This document shows, piece after piece, positions 25,129 through 38,039 of a DNA stretch of 64,000 nucleotides. The position numbers were made by a program, and so were the translations under genes. This stretch comes from Octopus sinensis (lineage: Eukaryota). The notes beneath the pieces are model-generated. The model saw nothing but the letters and a program-made list of their open reading frames with translations, was not told where the DNA came from and made no database searches. Numbering within the stretch: position 1 is the first letter of the stretch; each line of letters starts with the position of its first letter. The stretch spans positions 8,804,001 to 8,868,000 of the forward strand of contig NC_042999.1 in the NCBI RefSeq assembly GCF_006345805.1. Reading direction: 5' to 3'.

Positions 25129-25399
25129 GAGAGGGATAGAGAGAGAGAGGATGAAAGAGAGAGAGGATGAGAGAGAGAATGTGTGAGAGTCTTTCAGTGA
25201 CGTGTTTTGCGCAATAGGCATCTTTCCACATGACAACTCCAGGTAGACAAGGGCAGCTGCATTGGATAATAGACTTCCTGTGAGCACGAAACGACGTGAT
25301 CGTCACGACAGGACCGCATCCATAATAATATTAATCATGATTTGAACTGCACAGTAAGTTTGCATCGCGCCAACAAGACAAGACCTCCGCGCGTCTTCC

Positions 25400-25694
25400 T
25401 CTCTCTCTCTATCTGTCTGCCTCTCTAGCTCTGTATTCTTCTCTCTCACTCTCAGTCTCTCACTCTCTCACTCTTTCTCTCTCTCTCACTCCCTCCCTTT
25501 CTCTCTCTCTCACTGTCTGTCTATTTGCCTGTCTGTCTTTCTGTCTGTCTGTCTGCCTGTCTGTCTGTCTCTGTCTCTCTATCTATCTATCCATCTGTTA
25601 CCTCTCTCTCTCTATCTCTCTCTCACTCTATCTATCTATCTCTCTCACTTTCTATTTCTCTCTCTCTCTATCTCTCTCTCTCTCACTTTCTCTT

Positions 25695-25725
<31 letters not shown>

Positions 25726-25920
25726 TTGTCACCTGTTTATGGCTCTCTGCTCTGTTTGCCTCTGGATAAATTTCGCGCCAAATCAGACATTCACTTGCTT
25801 GTGTAAATAAATATATAGAGAGGAGAGAGAGAGAGAGAGAGGGAGAGAGAGAGAGAGAGAGGGAGAGAGAGAGAGAGAAATGGGAGAGAAAGAGGGAGAG
25901 AGAAATAGGAGAGAACTAGA
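25400..25920. repeat. (CT)n field followed by (AG)n field
   Basis: Visible; the CT-rich 25400-25730 tract and AG-rich 25815-25920 tract are mutually complementary. Confidence 0.9.
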
Positions 25921-26160
25921 AAGAAAGGAGACGAGGGATGTAGGCCTTTGTGCATGTCTGACACCAAACATTCAACTAAACTCAATGCGGAAGTCCGTAT
26001 GTTTCCTGATATAAGCCGACAATATTAGCAACTCTTCTCCTCCGCAAAATGTGTTGCTACTGAATGCATTGCTGAGCCTGAAGATTAAACAGTCCGATGT
26101 AATCAAAGAAAACTCGTCTGACGCCAGGCGTCCCACTGATCTCGCTATCAATGTATTAAA

Positions 26161-26555
26161 TCTCGCTATAATATATAAAGCTGAAGTTGTCTGTGTGTGG
26201 CAGGTTTGGTAGCCTTCAACTAACACTATCTCCTCCGAGACCCTGCCACGCAAATTGACCAAAATTGAGAGTATGATAAAAGAAGACTTGCTCTTTCTTC
26301 CGTAGAAGAAAAAATTCAAATCGGACCATGTTAACACCAAAAATTATTTACATCAAAAAGGCGCTTTTTTTCTATGAAAATCCATATTTTTTACGATTTT
26401 TTGACTGCTGTGTCTCCATTTTTCGGTGTATTTCAACCAGAAAAATGTTCACTTAAAGAGAATAACAAGCTACATAAGGCAAAACTTTTACGTTTCAAAA
26501 ATTCCAATTCTAAAGGGTCGAAACAAACCCGAGCAACGCCGGGTGATACTGCTAG
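26161..26555 (+). mobile_element. Non-autonomous Helitron (~395 bp)
   Basis: 5' A|TC...TATAAAGCTGAAG; 3' hairpin CCCG-AGCAACGC-CGGG then CTAG|T. No target-site duplication; two more copies in the window. Confidence 0.85.
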
Positions 26556-27384
26556 TATTATATATAAATAGCAAAATACGACATTTTCACATTAAATAAC
26601 TGAAGCAATGCAACCGCCATTTTAGATTGAACATACATCCACCTGCTGCACCTTCACCGTGCTTCGTAGACACAACGTTGTAGGTATAATATATATGATC
26701 TATTAGATTAGATTAGACTGGGAATTATGCGATTACGTTAGGGCTGGCATTCTTTCATAGATTTAGACAATAATTCAAACACTAACCAGACGAGAATTCA
26801 ATTCTTAATTTCCTGTCTAAGTGCGCAGTGAATGAAAAAGAATTCATCTGGCAATTACGATTGTTATTACTTCCATAAAGCGAAATTTACTGTCTTTGAT
26901 TTATTCTTAATCTCAGCTGATTACAAGTTGACCGACATCTGAAGCAACCCGCATAGAAGTGCACACAGACATTGTCTCAATATGAGGTCGATCGGTTGTC
27001 AGATAAGCAAACAATCAATTTGGATGTAATGTTAGAAAAATAAAAATATAAAAACAAAAATAAGTCATGAGAACTATGGAGAGTCAGATATTAGTTTATA
27101 CTTTTATGGCTTAATAAGCTTTGTTTAAATTAGAAAGAAAATTAGAAATTTATATTTTTAACCGTTTAACTGCCGGAACGATTTACTCTTTAACCGGTCA
27201 AGCATTATGGTGCCATTGCAAACAAAACTATGGTAACACTAATCGTGTTGCTTCTGACTCTAAATGTCTTTTAAAACTAAATAACAAATGAATGATTCTC
27301 GATAAATATTAACCTGTGAGGCCGACCAGGTGTTTTAGGTTTAAGATGCATTGATTTATTGTACGAAGAACAACTGAGATGATA

Positions 27385-27555
27385 CTCTCTCTTTTTACTC
27401 TTTTACTTGTTTTAGTCATTTGACTGCGGCCAATTCTTTGTAAGCCTAGTGCTTATTCTATCGGTCTTCTTCTGCTGAACCTGTAAGTTACGGGGACGTA
27501 AACACACCACCGTCGGTTGTCAAGCGAAGTTGGGGGCACAAACACAGACACACAA

Positions 27556-27596
<41 letters not shown>

Positions 27597-27803
27597 ACAC
27601 ACACACACATATATATATATATAATATATATATATATATACGGCGGGCTTCTTTCAGTTTCCATCTACCACATCCACTCACAAGGCTTTGGTCGGCCCGA
27701 GGCTATAGTAGAAGACACTTGCGCAAGGTGCCACGCAGTGGGAATGAACCCGGAACCATGTGGTTGTTAAGCAAGCTACTTACCACACAGCCACTCCTGC
27801 ACC
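27385..27803 (-). mobile_element. SINE family C
   Basis: Full-length reverse-complement copy with internal (CA)n/(TA)n. Confidence 0.85.
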
Positions 27804-28329
27804 TTATATAAGTGAATTACAGTGACTTTTATCACAGACCAAACCATGCCATGACTCGTCCTGACTCTTGCTCTGGTTGGGTTGGTGGCAACCAAGCTAA
27901 CCTCTAAAAATATTAGCTGAGGAGAATAAAAATGACAGAAAAGAAGAAAAATGTCTGCAACTTTCGAATTGCATTATGGGAATATTAGATGGAAACGGTG
28001 AGAGTTTTGTATTTACAAGAGCCAAAAACGATGATTGAGAAATAGAATAGATTCAAAGTGACTGTTGATTCCAACTGCCTACTAAATCCGAGACAAAACC
28101 GATAGAATGTCGCACTCAAAGACACTCTCTTCGGTATTTAGTTTCGGTGCTCTAATTTCTGAGTTCAAATTCCATTAAAGTGAACTTTGTCTTTCCCTCC
28201 CCAGATGACGAAACAATAAACATCAGCTTTATTTACTGAGGCTGATTAAATAGATATTCTTAGTCACGAAGTTTTTACATTGAATATTCTCTGACGAAGC
28301 TGGACACATCATCAGTGATGTTACCGGAG

Positions 28330-29790
28330 ATAATTAGGTGTTTCAACTCCGAACACTCAGACACTTTTAACTAGGCAACCCAGGTGAAGTTGATCAAACC
28401 CAGGTTTGTGTCCAGATGGCACTACCCAGCCATGACTTTCCATTCCTTATTACATCACTTGAAAGCATCATCTGCTACACCACTGGCTTTCTTTACAGCT
28501 CTTCGTCTGCTCTCACTCTGTACTCTTAAGCATGTTGTGAGTACTGCTGAGCGACTTAGATTCGAACTTCAATGTGCTCCCACCTCGCTCACTAGACGTT
28601 GTTTTGGTATATATTCCCCAATTCAGTACTCTTTGTTCACTTCCATCTGTGGCCTCCTCACTGAGGTCAGTGCCCTGCCTGACTTAACTGAAGTTATGTT
28701 TCCAGCTTCTTGCAACTTCACTTGCTTCTTCAGATCAACTTTCCATTCTAAGTCTTGTGTCGTTACTAGTAAACCAAGAGACGTGTTCTTGGCAGCTAGT
28801 GTTAGCATCTTGGTCACCTTGATGAAAGCAATGGTCCTTTTTTATGTTCTTGGACAGTGACACTTTCGATGGCCAAATGCGCTGCAGATGGTGTCCACTT
28901 TGGCCTTCAGGACTCGTTCATGGCACCAGTCGTAGTTTCCCTCTCACGGGTCTTTGGAAAGCTGCTGACGAGTGTTCAAGGTTCCTTATCCTTGGGCACA
29001 GAACAAAAGCTAACAACTTGACCTTTTACTAACAGAGCAAAATTGGAAGGGCTTGTTAGAATGTAAAGAGAGATTGAATTAAAAATCTTGTTCAAGAGCG
29101 CTCTGTTTTCCATAGCAAAAATCATGGGAATTGCACTTCACTTCCTTCTCCGATCCTTTCCAAGCAGTTGCTGCCATATTCCAACAATCCTGTTGACTCA
29201 TCTGTCCTCGGTCAACGCCTGGACCTCATTTTAGATCAGCAAACTTTCTCTATCTTGTAATGTTTGTTACCCAAGATAACTCTTCTACGAGACACTGTAC
29301 TCCCAAGCCCCGTGTGTGTTTGCCGAAATTGTTTTTTTTTTCTGTTCTGACCTCGATTCCAGCCTGCAAGACCACCAAGTTACAGAACATGTGGTATTGC
29401 TCTACATTTCGAGTACAAATTATCATGAATTATTCCTTCAGGGCATTGATGGAGATTTTCAACTATACGTGCTAATGGTTTGCGTCCGCTATGAGGGGGA
29501 TTCGAACCTGGTTTCTTCCACTATGTTTTAACCCTCCTGTGCTGTAGTGCTTGCACTATCAGTAAACATGTATTCTTGGTCTGGTGGATCATCAGCCCAT
29601 CCAAGTTCTTGCACACCTCGCTGCAAAATCACTCCCTACACATCATTGCATTTCTATATCCACGTGTTTGTAACCATTTGTCCGTCCTAACGAGATTCTC
29701 ATTCTTCCTTCTTCTCATTCAAGTTGTGTCTGTCATTTTACTTCTGAGACCGAATCTACTTACGTTTGACATTACCGCTTCTTTCGAATA
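28330..29790 (-). mobile_element. Degenerate HERO-like RLE non-LTR retrotransposon remnant
   Basis: Frameshifted motifs FLIQSL/ILTSPSN, LC...LEH, GNYDWCHERVLKAKVDTICSA, TIAFIK and GLLVTTQDLEWKVDLKKQVKL resemble the HERO zinc-knuckle/RLE region (clade assignment from recall). Confidence 0.65.
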
Positions 29791-30557
29791 AAACTAACAA
29801 CGACAAACTCAATGAAATCCCTATTGTCATGAAATTGTCAATCTTCTACCGAAAAGTGTGCCCACATATCTATCATACAGACATACAATATAAATTCAAG
29901 TAGAGATTATCAGTAACTAATATAAACCGAATTCTATTTTAATATTAATGAATTCTGATCGAGTAATAATCCAATGAAACTTAGGTTACCCATGTTGTGT
30001 TTCAGAACATCATTTCCCTTGTCTCTTGTACTCTGTTATTTAATAGTAACGACTAAATACACGGAGAGTTAGAATGTGTGATGGGATTATTATAGAAGAT
30101 TTCCAATAAACGTTGCTTCTTCTAACTGTTCATAACATTATGTGTAGTTTGTTACACGTGGTTATTACAGATATCGGTATAAGTCAACTAAAACAATTTG
30201 AACATGTCGGCTCAGTACGTTTCTGATCCCAGACGGAAAACCAGTTTTGTTCCAAATGGACCTACGTTTATCGAGGGAGAGTCTCTAGAAAGGTTGCTAG
30301 CCAGAACCAAACAGACTAAACCTCGCCGATTGCCGACTCCGTATTTTGAGAAAATATTTTCTTCAGATTTTAGTTGGAATATTATTCAAAAATCTGTTTT
30401 GTTCTATCTTTATTTATTATTTCTGGTGATTTCCTTTCCATCGATGTAAGCACCAAGTCTTGTGTTTTACTTCGTCCTTTTAAAGTGTTCTCGATCTCCT
30501 AAGTCTTTGTGGTTTATTGGTCAGGGTGTTGCACTCACGGTCTAGCTATCTGGGAAT

Positions 30558-30936
30558 GGAAGCACTCCGTCGGTTACGACGACGAGGGTTCCGGTTGATC
30601 CGATCAACGGAACAGCCTGCTCGTGAAATTAACGTGTAAGTGACTGAGCACTCCACAGACACGTGTACCCTTAACGTAGTTCTCGGGGATATTCAGCATG
30701 ACACAGGGAGCGACAAGGCCGGCCCTTTTGAAATACAGGTACAACAGAAACAGGAAGTAAGAGTGAGAGAAAGTTGTGGTGAAAGAGTACAGCAGGGATC
30801 ACCACCATCCCTGCCGGATATCGTGGAGCTTTAGGTATTTTCGCTCAATAAACACTCACAACGCCCGGTCTCGGAATCGAAACCGCGATCAATGACCGCG
30901 AATCCGCTGCCCTAACCACTGGGCCATTGCGCCTCC
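30558..30936 (-). mobile_element. SINE family A (A1)
   Basis: Reverse complement of 51732-52108. Confidence 0.9.
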
Positions 30937-31214
30937 ATGGTCTAGCAATAATCATTTCAATCGCTAGGCCAGGTCGTGCATTGTGTTCTTGAGCAAAACA
31001 CTTCACCTCACTTTGCTCTGCGATCACTTTGTGACACCTAACATGCGCTGCACTGTGCACCTGTTCAGACAACGTTGACTTGATGGAGAGAGAGTGAGCT
31101 GACGTACAGCACATACATATTTAATCCCTATAAACAAATCCCTTGTGCAGGTCGTTCGGCAAAAGCTAAATGCTCATAGATCATCATCGACGCGAAAGTC
31201 CATTATTAGTATTA

Positions 31215-31730
31215 GTATTGAGTGAGAGCAGTGTATGCCATGAAAGTGACAATGGGGTAATATATACCAAGCCCAGTATAGCCATCATGACTACCCGTCT
31301 GATAAGGGTACACTAGGCACATGCATCCCTACCATATGTGCGCGACATAGTGATCTCATATCAAGATAAACAGTACATGACCTTGCAGTTGGGGCCCAGT
31401 TAGAATTTTTTTCAGGTCCAGTAGCTCATTCCATTCAAAAGGTTCCTGAATAAGACTTGTTTAACGACGGAGCACGAAACTCACGTTTCCTGGGGTGAAT
31501 TATTCAACCCCCACGACTTCCACTCATGATCAGAGATGCACATATCTTCAGCCACAAGGGGAGAAGCTCAAATAGTAAAGACCAACCAAACTGACAAGCA
31601 AATCTGTGATACTGAACAGAATATTTGCAGTAGTTCATCTTTTACTTCAAGACAAATCGTGTACATGTTAACACTTCCAATCAGTTAAGCTCCGAAACCA
31701 TGAGAGCCAGTGCCTGATATTGCATCAGGG
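31215..31730 (-). mobile_element. ORF-less repeat embedded in trinucleotide arrays
   Basis: The left ~110 bp recurs at 55510-55625; both copies abut TAT-type repeats at the same junction (TATT|GAGTGAGAG). Confidence 0.6.
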
Positions 31731-31734
31731 TATT

Positions 31735-31765
<31 letters not shown>

Positions 31766-31811
31766 CCACCACCACCACCACAACCACCACCACCACCACC
31801 ACCACCGTCAA

Positions 31812-31861
<50 letters not shown>

Positions 31862-31941
31862 CCATCATCACCATCATCATCATCATCATCATCACCATCA
31901 CCACCACCACCACCACCACCATCATCATCATCACCACCACC

Positions 31942-32050
<109 letters not shown>

Positions 32051-32052
32051 TT

Positions 32053-33026
32053 CAGTAGTTTTATTTTTATAGCGTGCTTTCACTTCACTACCAAGCGCAG
32101 CTCTGTGTGCCTTGGGTCTGTGCTGTGATTTTTTGTGATGCTCTGATGGTTATTGTATGGAAAGTGTTCTGCGTAGGATGTGTGCAGTGCCTAGTAGTGC
32201 AATTTTATCTATGTTATATGTGTTTGTAAGTCCTGGTGTTTTTGTTATGTATTTGTCTGAATATGTTTTTATCATGCCTAATGCACCTACTATGATAGGA
32301 ATTGTTTCTGTTTTCAGATTCCACATTCTAGTTACCTCTATTTCCAGGTCTTTGTATTTTGAGAGTTTCTCCATTTCTTTTAGAGACACGTTGTCATCAG
32401 CCAGTATTGATACATCAATTAGAAAGCATTTTTTTTTCTTCATGATCTCTGACAGCTATATCTGGTCTGTTGGCCTTAATTTCTCTATCTGTGTGTATCG
32501 GCATATCCCAGAGTATGGTTGCTTTCTCGTTTTCTGTGACCTTTTCTGGTGTGTGCCTATACCATCTTTTTTCTGTTGTTATTCCATAATGTTGGCATAG
32601 CTTCCAATGTATGTAGGTTCCAACTCTGTCATGTCTGTGAATATATTCCTTCTTAGCCAAGACTGGGCAGCTAGAGATAATATGATTTATTGTTTCTTGT
32701 CCATCTCCACATATTCTGCAGTTACTTGTAATATTTCTTTTCATTACGTGTTTTTGGTAATTTCTGGTGGGGAGGCTTTGGTCTTGTGCTGCAATTAAAA
32801 ATCCCTCTGTTTCTGCTTTGAGTCCTGAGCTTCTCAACCATTGCTGGGATTTTTCTTTGTCTATTTCTTTTGCGTTTAGTTTAGTCCAGTATTTACCATG
32901 AAGGGGCTTTTCTTGCCATCGTTTTATCATGGTTCGTTGCTGTTCTATTTTTAGTTTGGATTTCATTTGTTTTATAGCTTTTGTTGTTTCTTCATCTTCT
33001 TCTTCTTCTTCATGTTTATTAGGTGG
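32053..33026 (-). mobile_element. R4/Dong-like non-LTR 5'-truncated copy (lineage 1), zinc knuckle + RLE
   Basis: WQEKPLHGKY...LKAETEGFLIAAQDQSL...CRICGDGQETINHIISSC...HRHDRV...RPDI...KYKDL; one frameshift in a poly-A run; flanked by (TAT)n. Confidence 0.92.
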
Positions 33027-33034
33027 TATTATTA

Positions 33035-33075
<41 letters not shown>

Positions 33076-33078
<3 letters not shown>

Positions 33079-33165
33079 TAGTTTTATTTTCATAGCATGC
33101 TTTCACTTCACTACCGAGCTCAAATCTGTGTGCCTTGGGTATGTGCTGTGATTTGTTGTGATGCT
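33076..33165 (-). mobile_element. R4/Dong-like lineage 1, 90-bp 3'-end stub
   Basis: Same 3' terminus (CTACTG|AATAAT on minus) inside (TAT)n. Confidence 0.85.
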
Positions 33166-33166
33166 A

Positions 33167-33234
<68 letters not shown>

Positions 33235-33584
33235 ATCATCATGATCATCAATACCATCATCATCTTCATCATCATCATCATCATCATCATCAATACCATC
33301 ATCATCATCATCATCATCATCATCATGTAGTCATGCATCGAAAAACCCAACAAGAACATAAATCTAAAAGGCAGTTAACTTAGAGGGGAAAAGTGCATCA
33401 TAAATTCCTCTCAAAGAAATTCTTTGTTTTCAAATATATATACAATGAAATGTAAATTTTGACGCTAAGATCAATATATTTTCTTGAATTGAATAATAAA
33501 CTGTTTCTCAGAGCATTGGCGAAATATTTTAATTTCCTTAGACTTGTCGTCTCTATCTAACCCCTCTCTCTCTCCCTCTCCCTC

Positions 33585-33620
<36 letters not shown>

Positions 33621-33915
33621 TATTTTAACAACGATGCTAACTTTCTCCTAATCGATTTTGTATCTTTTGTTGCTTAAATTTTCTCTAGGAATTACAACAG
33701 TTTAGAAGAATTTTGAATGAGAATAAATTTCAAGACGTTATTCTAGGCAGGATTCTCAAATGTTTCTGTTCCCTTCTCTCACAATACCAATTTCTTCACG
33801 CCACGAATCGAAAATGTCACTTGCATACGTAGCTACGATTTCCATCGATCTTCTTATCGTACAAACACATACACACACGTATGCACATACACAATACCCA
33901 CCACCATATATATAT

Positions 33916-33994
<79 letters not shown>

Positions 33995-34246
33995 GGCGCA
34001 GGAGTGCTGTGTGGTAAGTAGCTTGCTTACCAACCACATGTTTCTGGGTTAAGTTCCACTGCGTGGCACCTTGGACAAGTGTCTTCTACTATAGCCTCGG
34101 GTCGACCAAAGCCTTGCGAGTGGATTTGGTAGACGGAAACTGAAAGAAGCCCGTCGTATATATCTATATATGTATGTGTGAGTATATGTTTGTGTGTCTG
34201 TGTTTGTCCCCCAACATCGCTTGACCACCGATGCTGGTGTGTTTTC
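33995..34246 (+). mobile_element. SINE family C (tail-truncated)
   Basis: Head GGCGCAGGAGTG-CTGTGTGGTAAG with body as in the other copies. Confidence 0.85.
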
Positions 34247-34295
34247 ATTAATCAAAGCATAAGTTACTAATAAAATATATTTTTATCAAACATAC

Positions 34296-34511
34296 AACTA
34301 GATCACAAAAAGTATAAATAATCAATATATAATAAGTAAAAGAAACAAAGTACGTTTCATGGCTATAATTAAATTCGAATTACAATTAAATTTAAATTTA
34401 ATTGAAATGAATTCAATTTAAAATTTTAGTCAATCTATAATTTTTAAAAACTACGTACATAGGTTTTTTACTTATTATATATTGATTATTTATACTTTTT
34501 GTGATCTAGTT
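34296..34511. repeat. Inverted repeat (46-bp perfect arms, 124-bp spacer)
   Basis: 34296-34341 is the reverse complement of 34466-34511. Confidence 0.9.
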
Positions 34512-34614
34512 ATATGAACTTAGATAAACTTAGATATGTTTCGACCAAAGATTGGTCCAGGCCATGTCTAACTTAATAACACCACCTGATAGGATTATTT
34601 GAATCCTGTTTAAG

Positions 34615-34989
34615 TCAAGTTTTGTTTATGGTCCATTCAAGTAGTGTGTTTTTGTTGGGTGAGTTGTATCCAATTATGGGTGGCTTATCTGGTATTCTTT
34701 GAAGGAATTTATCCAGACTCCGTTTAAAGTTGATGGGATCCTCTTCCTCTTTGATCTCTTTCGGGACAATGTTAAATAGGGCAGGGCCTGTTGAGGAAAA
34801 GAAATTATGTTGCAGTGTACATGTATGCTGTGATCTTGAATTGGGCAGGGGACGTATGGCCCGTGGTCCCAGTCTTGAATGAACCTTGAAGCTAATGTTC
34901 AGGTCGTTTGGGCAAAGTTGGCGGTATATTCTCCACATCGTACAAATGATGTACCACTCACGGCGACGCTGGAGAGAGTAGAGTTTCAA
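34615..34989 (-). mobile_element. CR1/L2-group LINE ORF2 C-terminal fragment
   Basis: LYSLQRRREWYII...GPALFNIVPKEIK...FKRSLDKFLQRIPDKP..GY, the characteristic CR1/L2 C-terminus. Confidence 0.8.
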
Positions 34990-35076
34990 GGCTTTATATT
35001 TTATATTTTATTTGTTATTCATGTTTTGGTTTATGTCTATCATTGTTTGAATTGCATAATAGTGGTTTTATCACTA

Positions 35077-35118
<42 letters not shown>

Positions 35119-35124
<6 letters not shown>

Positions 35125-35240
35125 TATATAGAAGGAGCTTCTACAGGACTAGAACTGTTTCATTCAAGAGAAATCTTCAGGAAGATTTCTCTTGAATGAA
35201 ACAGTTCTAGTCCTGTAGAAGCTCCTTCTATATAATAAAT
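35119..35240. repeat. Perfect hairpin (60-bp arms, 2-nt loop) made of pLTR sequence
   Basis: 35119-35178 is the reverse complement of 35181-35240; same family as 1954-2020. Confidence 0.92.
35138..35184 (-). ncRNA. Type I hammerhead motif (same family as 1954-2004)
   Basis: Minus strand: CTTC-CTGAAGA-TTTC.TCTT.GAAT-GAAA-CAG...CTG-TA-GAAG; helix I reduced to 4 bp. Confidence 0.6.
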
Positions 35241-35309
35241 TAATTTTACTCTGCTATGTATTGAGTACCTTATTTACTGTGGTTAACCCCGAATCAACCC
35301 GGGACCTAC

Positions 35310-35369
<60 letters not shown>

Positions 35370-35425
35370 CACCTACATTATACACACACATAAGCACACA
35401 GATATGAGCTTTTAATTCTATATTA

Positions 35426-35642
35426 CGAAGGAGTGCTGAAATATTCCTGGCTTTAATGGTGTCATGAAAGGCCTGGCTGGAGGCCCAACCTTCCGAGTTC
35501 TTTCACTTGGCTAAGAGAAACTGAAGGACCGATGCAAAATGTGTGTGACTCCGAGAGGAAAATAGGTTGAATAAAATCACAATTAACAGCTCCTCCTGTA
35601 TTTTCTTTTACCGAAAGCCAGGCATTTTTCAACATCCCTTCC
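35426..35642 (+). mobile_element. Mariner-derived MITE
   Basis: TA-flanked imperfect ~29-bp TIRs (CGAAGGAGTGCTGAAATATTCCTGGCTTT / AAAGCCAGGCATTTTTCAACATCCCTTCC); internal EKLKDRCKMCVTPRGK*VE* is a mariner C-terminus. Confidence 0.75.
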
Positions 35643-35831
35643 TACATGGCCCTTCATGTTCCACTCTCTTCAGCATTAAGGTTTCTTGGATTATCGCTTC
35701 ACAAACAAAAGATTAAAGGATTTATATCGGATTGTTGTTGTTCATTGTCTTTTACAAGGAATCAGTACCATTAAACCATTCCATAAATGTTACATACAGC
35801 ACTGCCGATATTGACGCCGGCATGACCGTAA

Positions 35832-36223
35832 TCTCTCTCTCTATAAAGCTGAAGTTGTCAATGTATGGCAGGTTTGGTAGCCTTCAAATTAACACTATCT
35901 CCTCCAAGACCCTGCGGCGCAAGTTAACCAAAATTGAGAGTATGATAGAAGAAGGCTTGTTCTTCCTTCCGTAGAAGAAAAATTTCAAATCGGACCATGT
36001 TAAGACCAACAATTATTTACATCAAAAAGGTGCTTTTTTTCTATGAAAATCCCTATTTTTCATGATTTTTTGACTGCTGTGTCGCCATTTTTCGGTGTAT
36101 TTCAACCAGAAAAATGTTCACTTAAAGAGAATAACAAGCTACATAATGCGAAATTTTTACTTTTCAAAAATTCCAATTCTAAACGGTCGAAACAAACCCA
36201 AGCAACGCGGGCGATACCGCTAG
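35832..36223 (+). mobile_element. Non-autonomous Helitron (~392 bp)
   Basis: A|TC start, subterminal hairpin, CTAG|T end; homologous to 26161-26555. Confidence 0.85.
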
Positions 36224-38039
36224 TTCCAGTAAAAACTAGAATGTTTCTTAATTCTACATGTGTCTCTTCGCACATCTAACGAAAAGTGCGCCACACTACA
36301 TTGATCCATAAACACATGCATATTTTCTTGTTGATATTTTACGAAGAATGCTCGTCGGGCGGCAAAATGCTTAGCAGCCATTTCCCCCAACCTTTACATT
36401 CTGAGTTCAATTTCCACCGAGGTTGACTTTGCCTTTCAGGCTTTGGGGTTTAATAAATTAGGGAGCATCTAAGAACTGGGGTTGATGTAATCGACTAATC
36501 CCCCTCTCCCGAAATTCCTGACCGTGTGCCAAAATTTGAAACCGATATTTTACAAAGAAATCTTTACAGTTAGGTTTAATTTTCTGCTAACTAGATATGG
36601 TCAATCTATTCTGTTATATTTTGTATTAAAACTATTTTGTACTTTCCAGAAGTAACAATAATCGGAAATCGTTGCGATTATCGGCAGGTTAGGATAGAGA
36701 CATGACTCAAGTTCGTTAACTTAGGTGAACTTAGGAAGAGTTTTTTCTGTAACATATCATCTTGAATTATAAGCAAAATGTCTGTTTGCAAATTACTCGT
36801 AATTCCTTCTGTCATTCAGCAAGAAATTATTCGATGCAATTTGCGTTGAAACTTATCCAAAATCATTTCAATCAAATTAGTTTTAGAGTTTAGACTTTCA
36901 TAATATGATTGAATGTCGATTTTACAATTGTAATATATTAGCGAAAACATCGCCGAAATATTTTAAAACATAACAGAATGTGTCGATAACTTCAACATTC
37001 GACATCATGGGTTGCATAAGTGCCAGAAAATGGATGTTTGTTGAAAAGGAAAAGGAAAACGATACGGTTGGAAATGAAAATATGCATTTCCAGCAAAACC
37101 GATTGCCAACGATGACTTATAAAATCAGCTTTCGAATAATGATTATTAGAAAAATCCTATTTAAAGAAATGTTTCCATATCTATAACCAGACATTTTGGC
37201 AACAAGTTTTGATATCGTTTCCTGTGTCTGCTGATGACATCTCTAAAGAAACAAATATATTTGATTCTTATTTTCCTTAATGTCGCTTTGCTTTAATAAA
37301 CTTGTGTTGATGCTGCTGTTGTTATTATGAATCTGTATTAAATTGTTATTACTACTGCTTTTAGTTGTGTTATTAAGATTTATTCATTGGCCAATTAATT
37401 CCCATGTTTTTATTGCAGTTGGGATTTTCTGAAGTTGCAAAACTGTCATGTGCACTCTTTTATGGCAGTAAAAATTGGTGATAAAAATCAAAAAATGGGC
37501 CAGTTTATTAACATTTCAGTCATCGTCTATAAAAGCACAAAAATTGAGCTTCTTTCATTTCCTGTTCTTTTATTTTACATTTTTCCCCTTCTGATCCATT
37601 CCGATTCAGCATTTTATTAAATGATTTAGTTCGAACTCCCCATCCCCGCCCATCCCCTACCCTTACATGTCCTAATTTGATTGAATTCTCGCTGATGTTG
37701 GTGTATCCTCAAGTGCTAGGTTTATTTTAATAACGTCTCACGTAATATCTTTCAGCGTTTCTTTTCAATACCTTCTCATCGTAGAATTACTCATATATTT
37801 CAAAGTACCTTAACTTCGATGCTTGTTCTCATACGATTTAATTAAGCTTTTTCTGTTGCTGCCAAAGCGGACATTTTTATTCTGACCGTTCACTTTTTTT
37901 AATTATTCATCTTCCTGTTTCATTTTCTATGTTGCATCCTTTCGGTTCAGTTTTATTATGTCGAGGAACATCTTTCCGTTCTGTTTATAATATGTTGTGT
38001 ATTTATTTCCTTTCTCCCTTTTTATATGATTAAGTTTGG

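Noticed and set aside
34520-34575. Minus-strand GACCA.ATCTT.TGGTC-GAAAC hammerhead-like half
   Set aside because: The CUGANGA core is absent.
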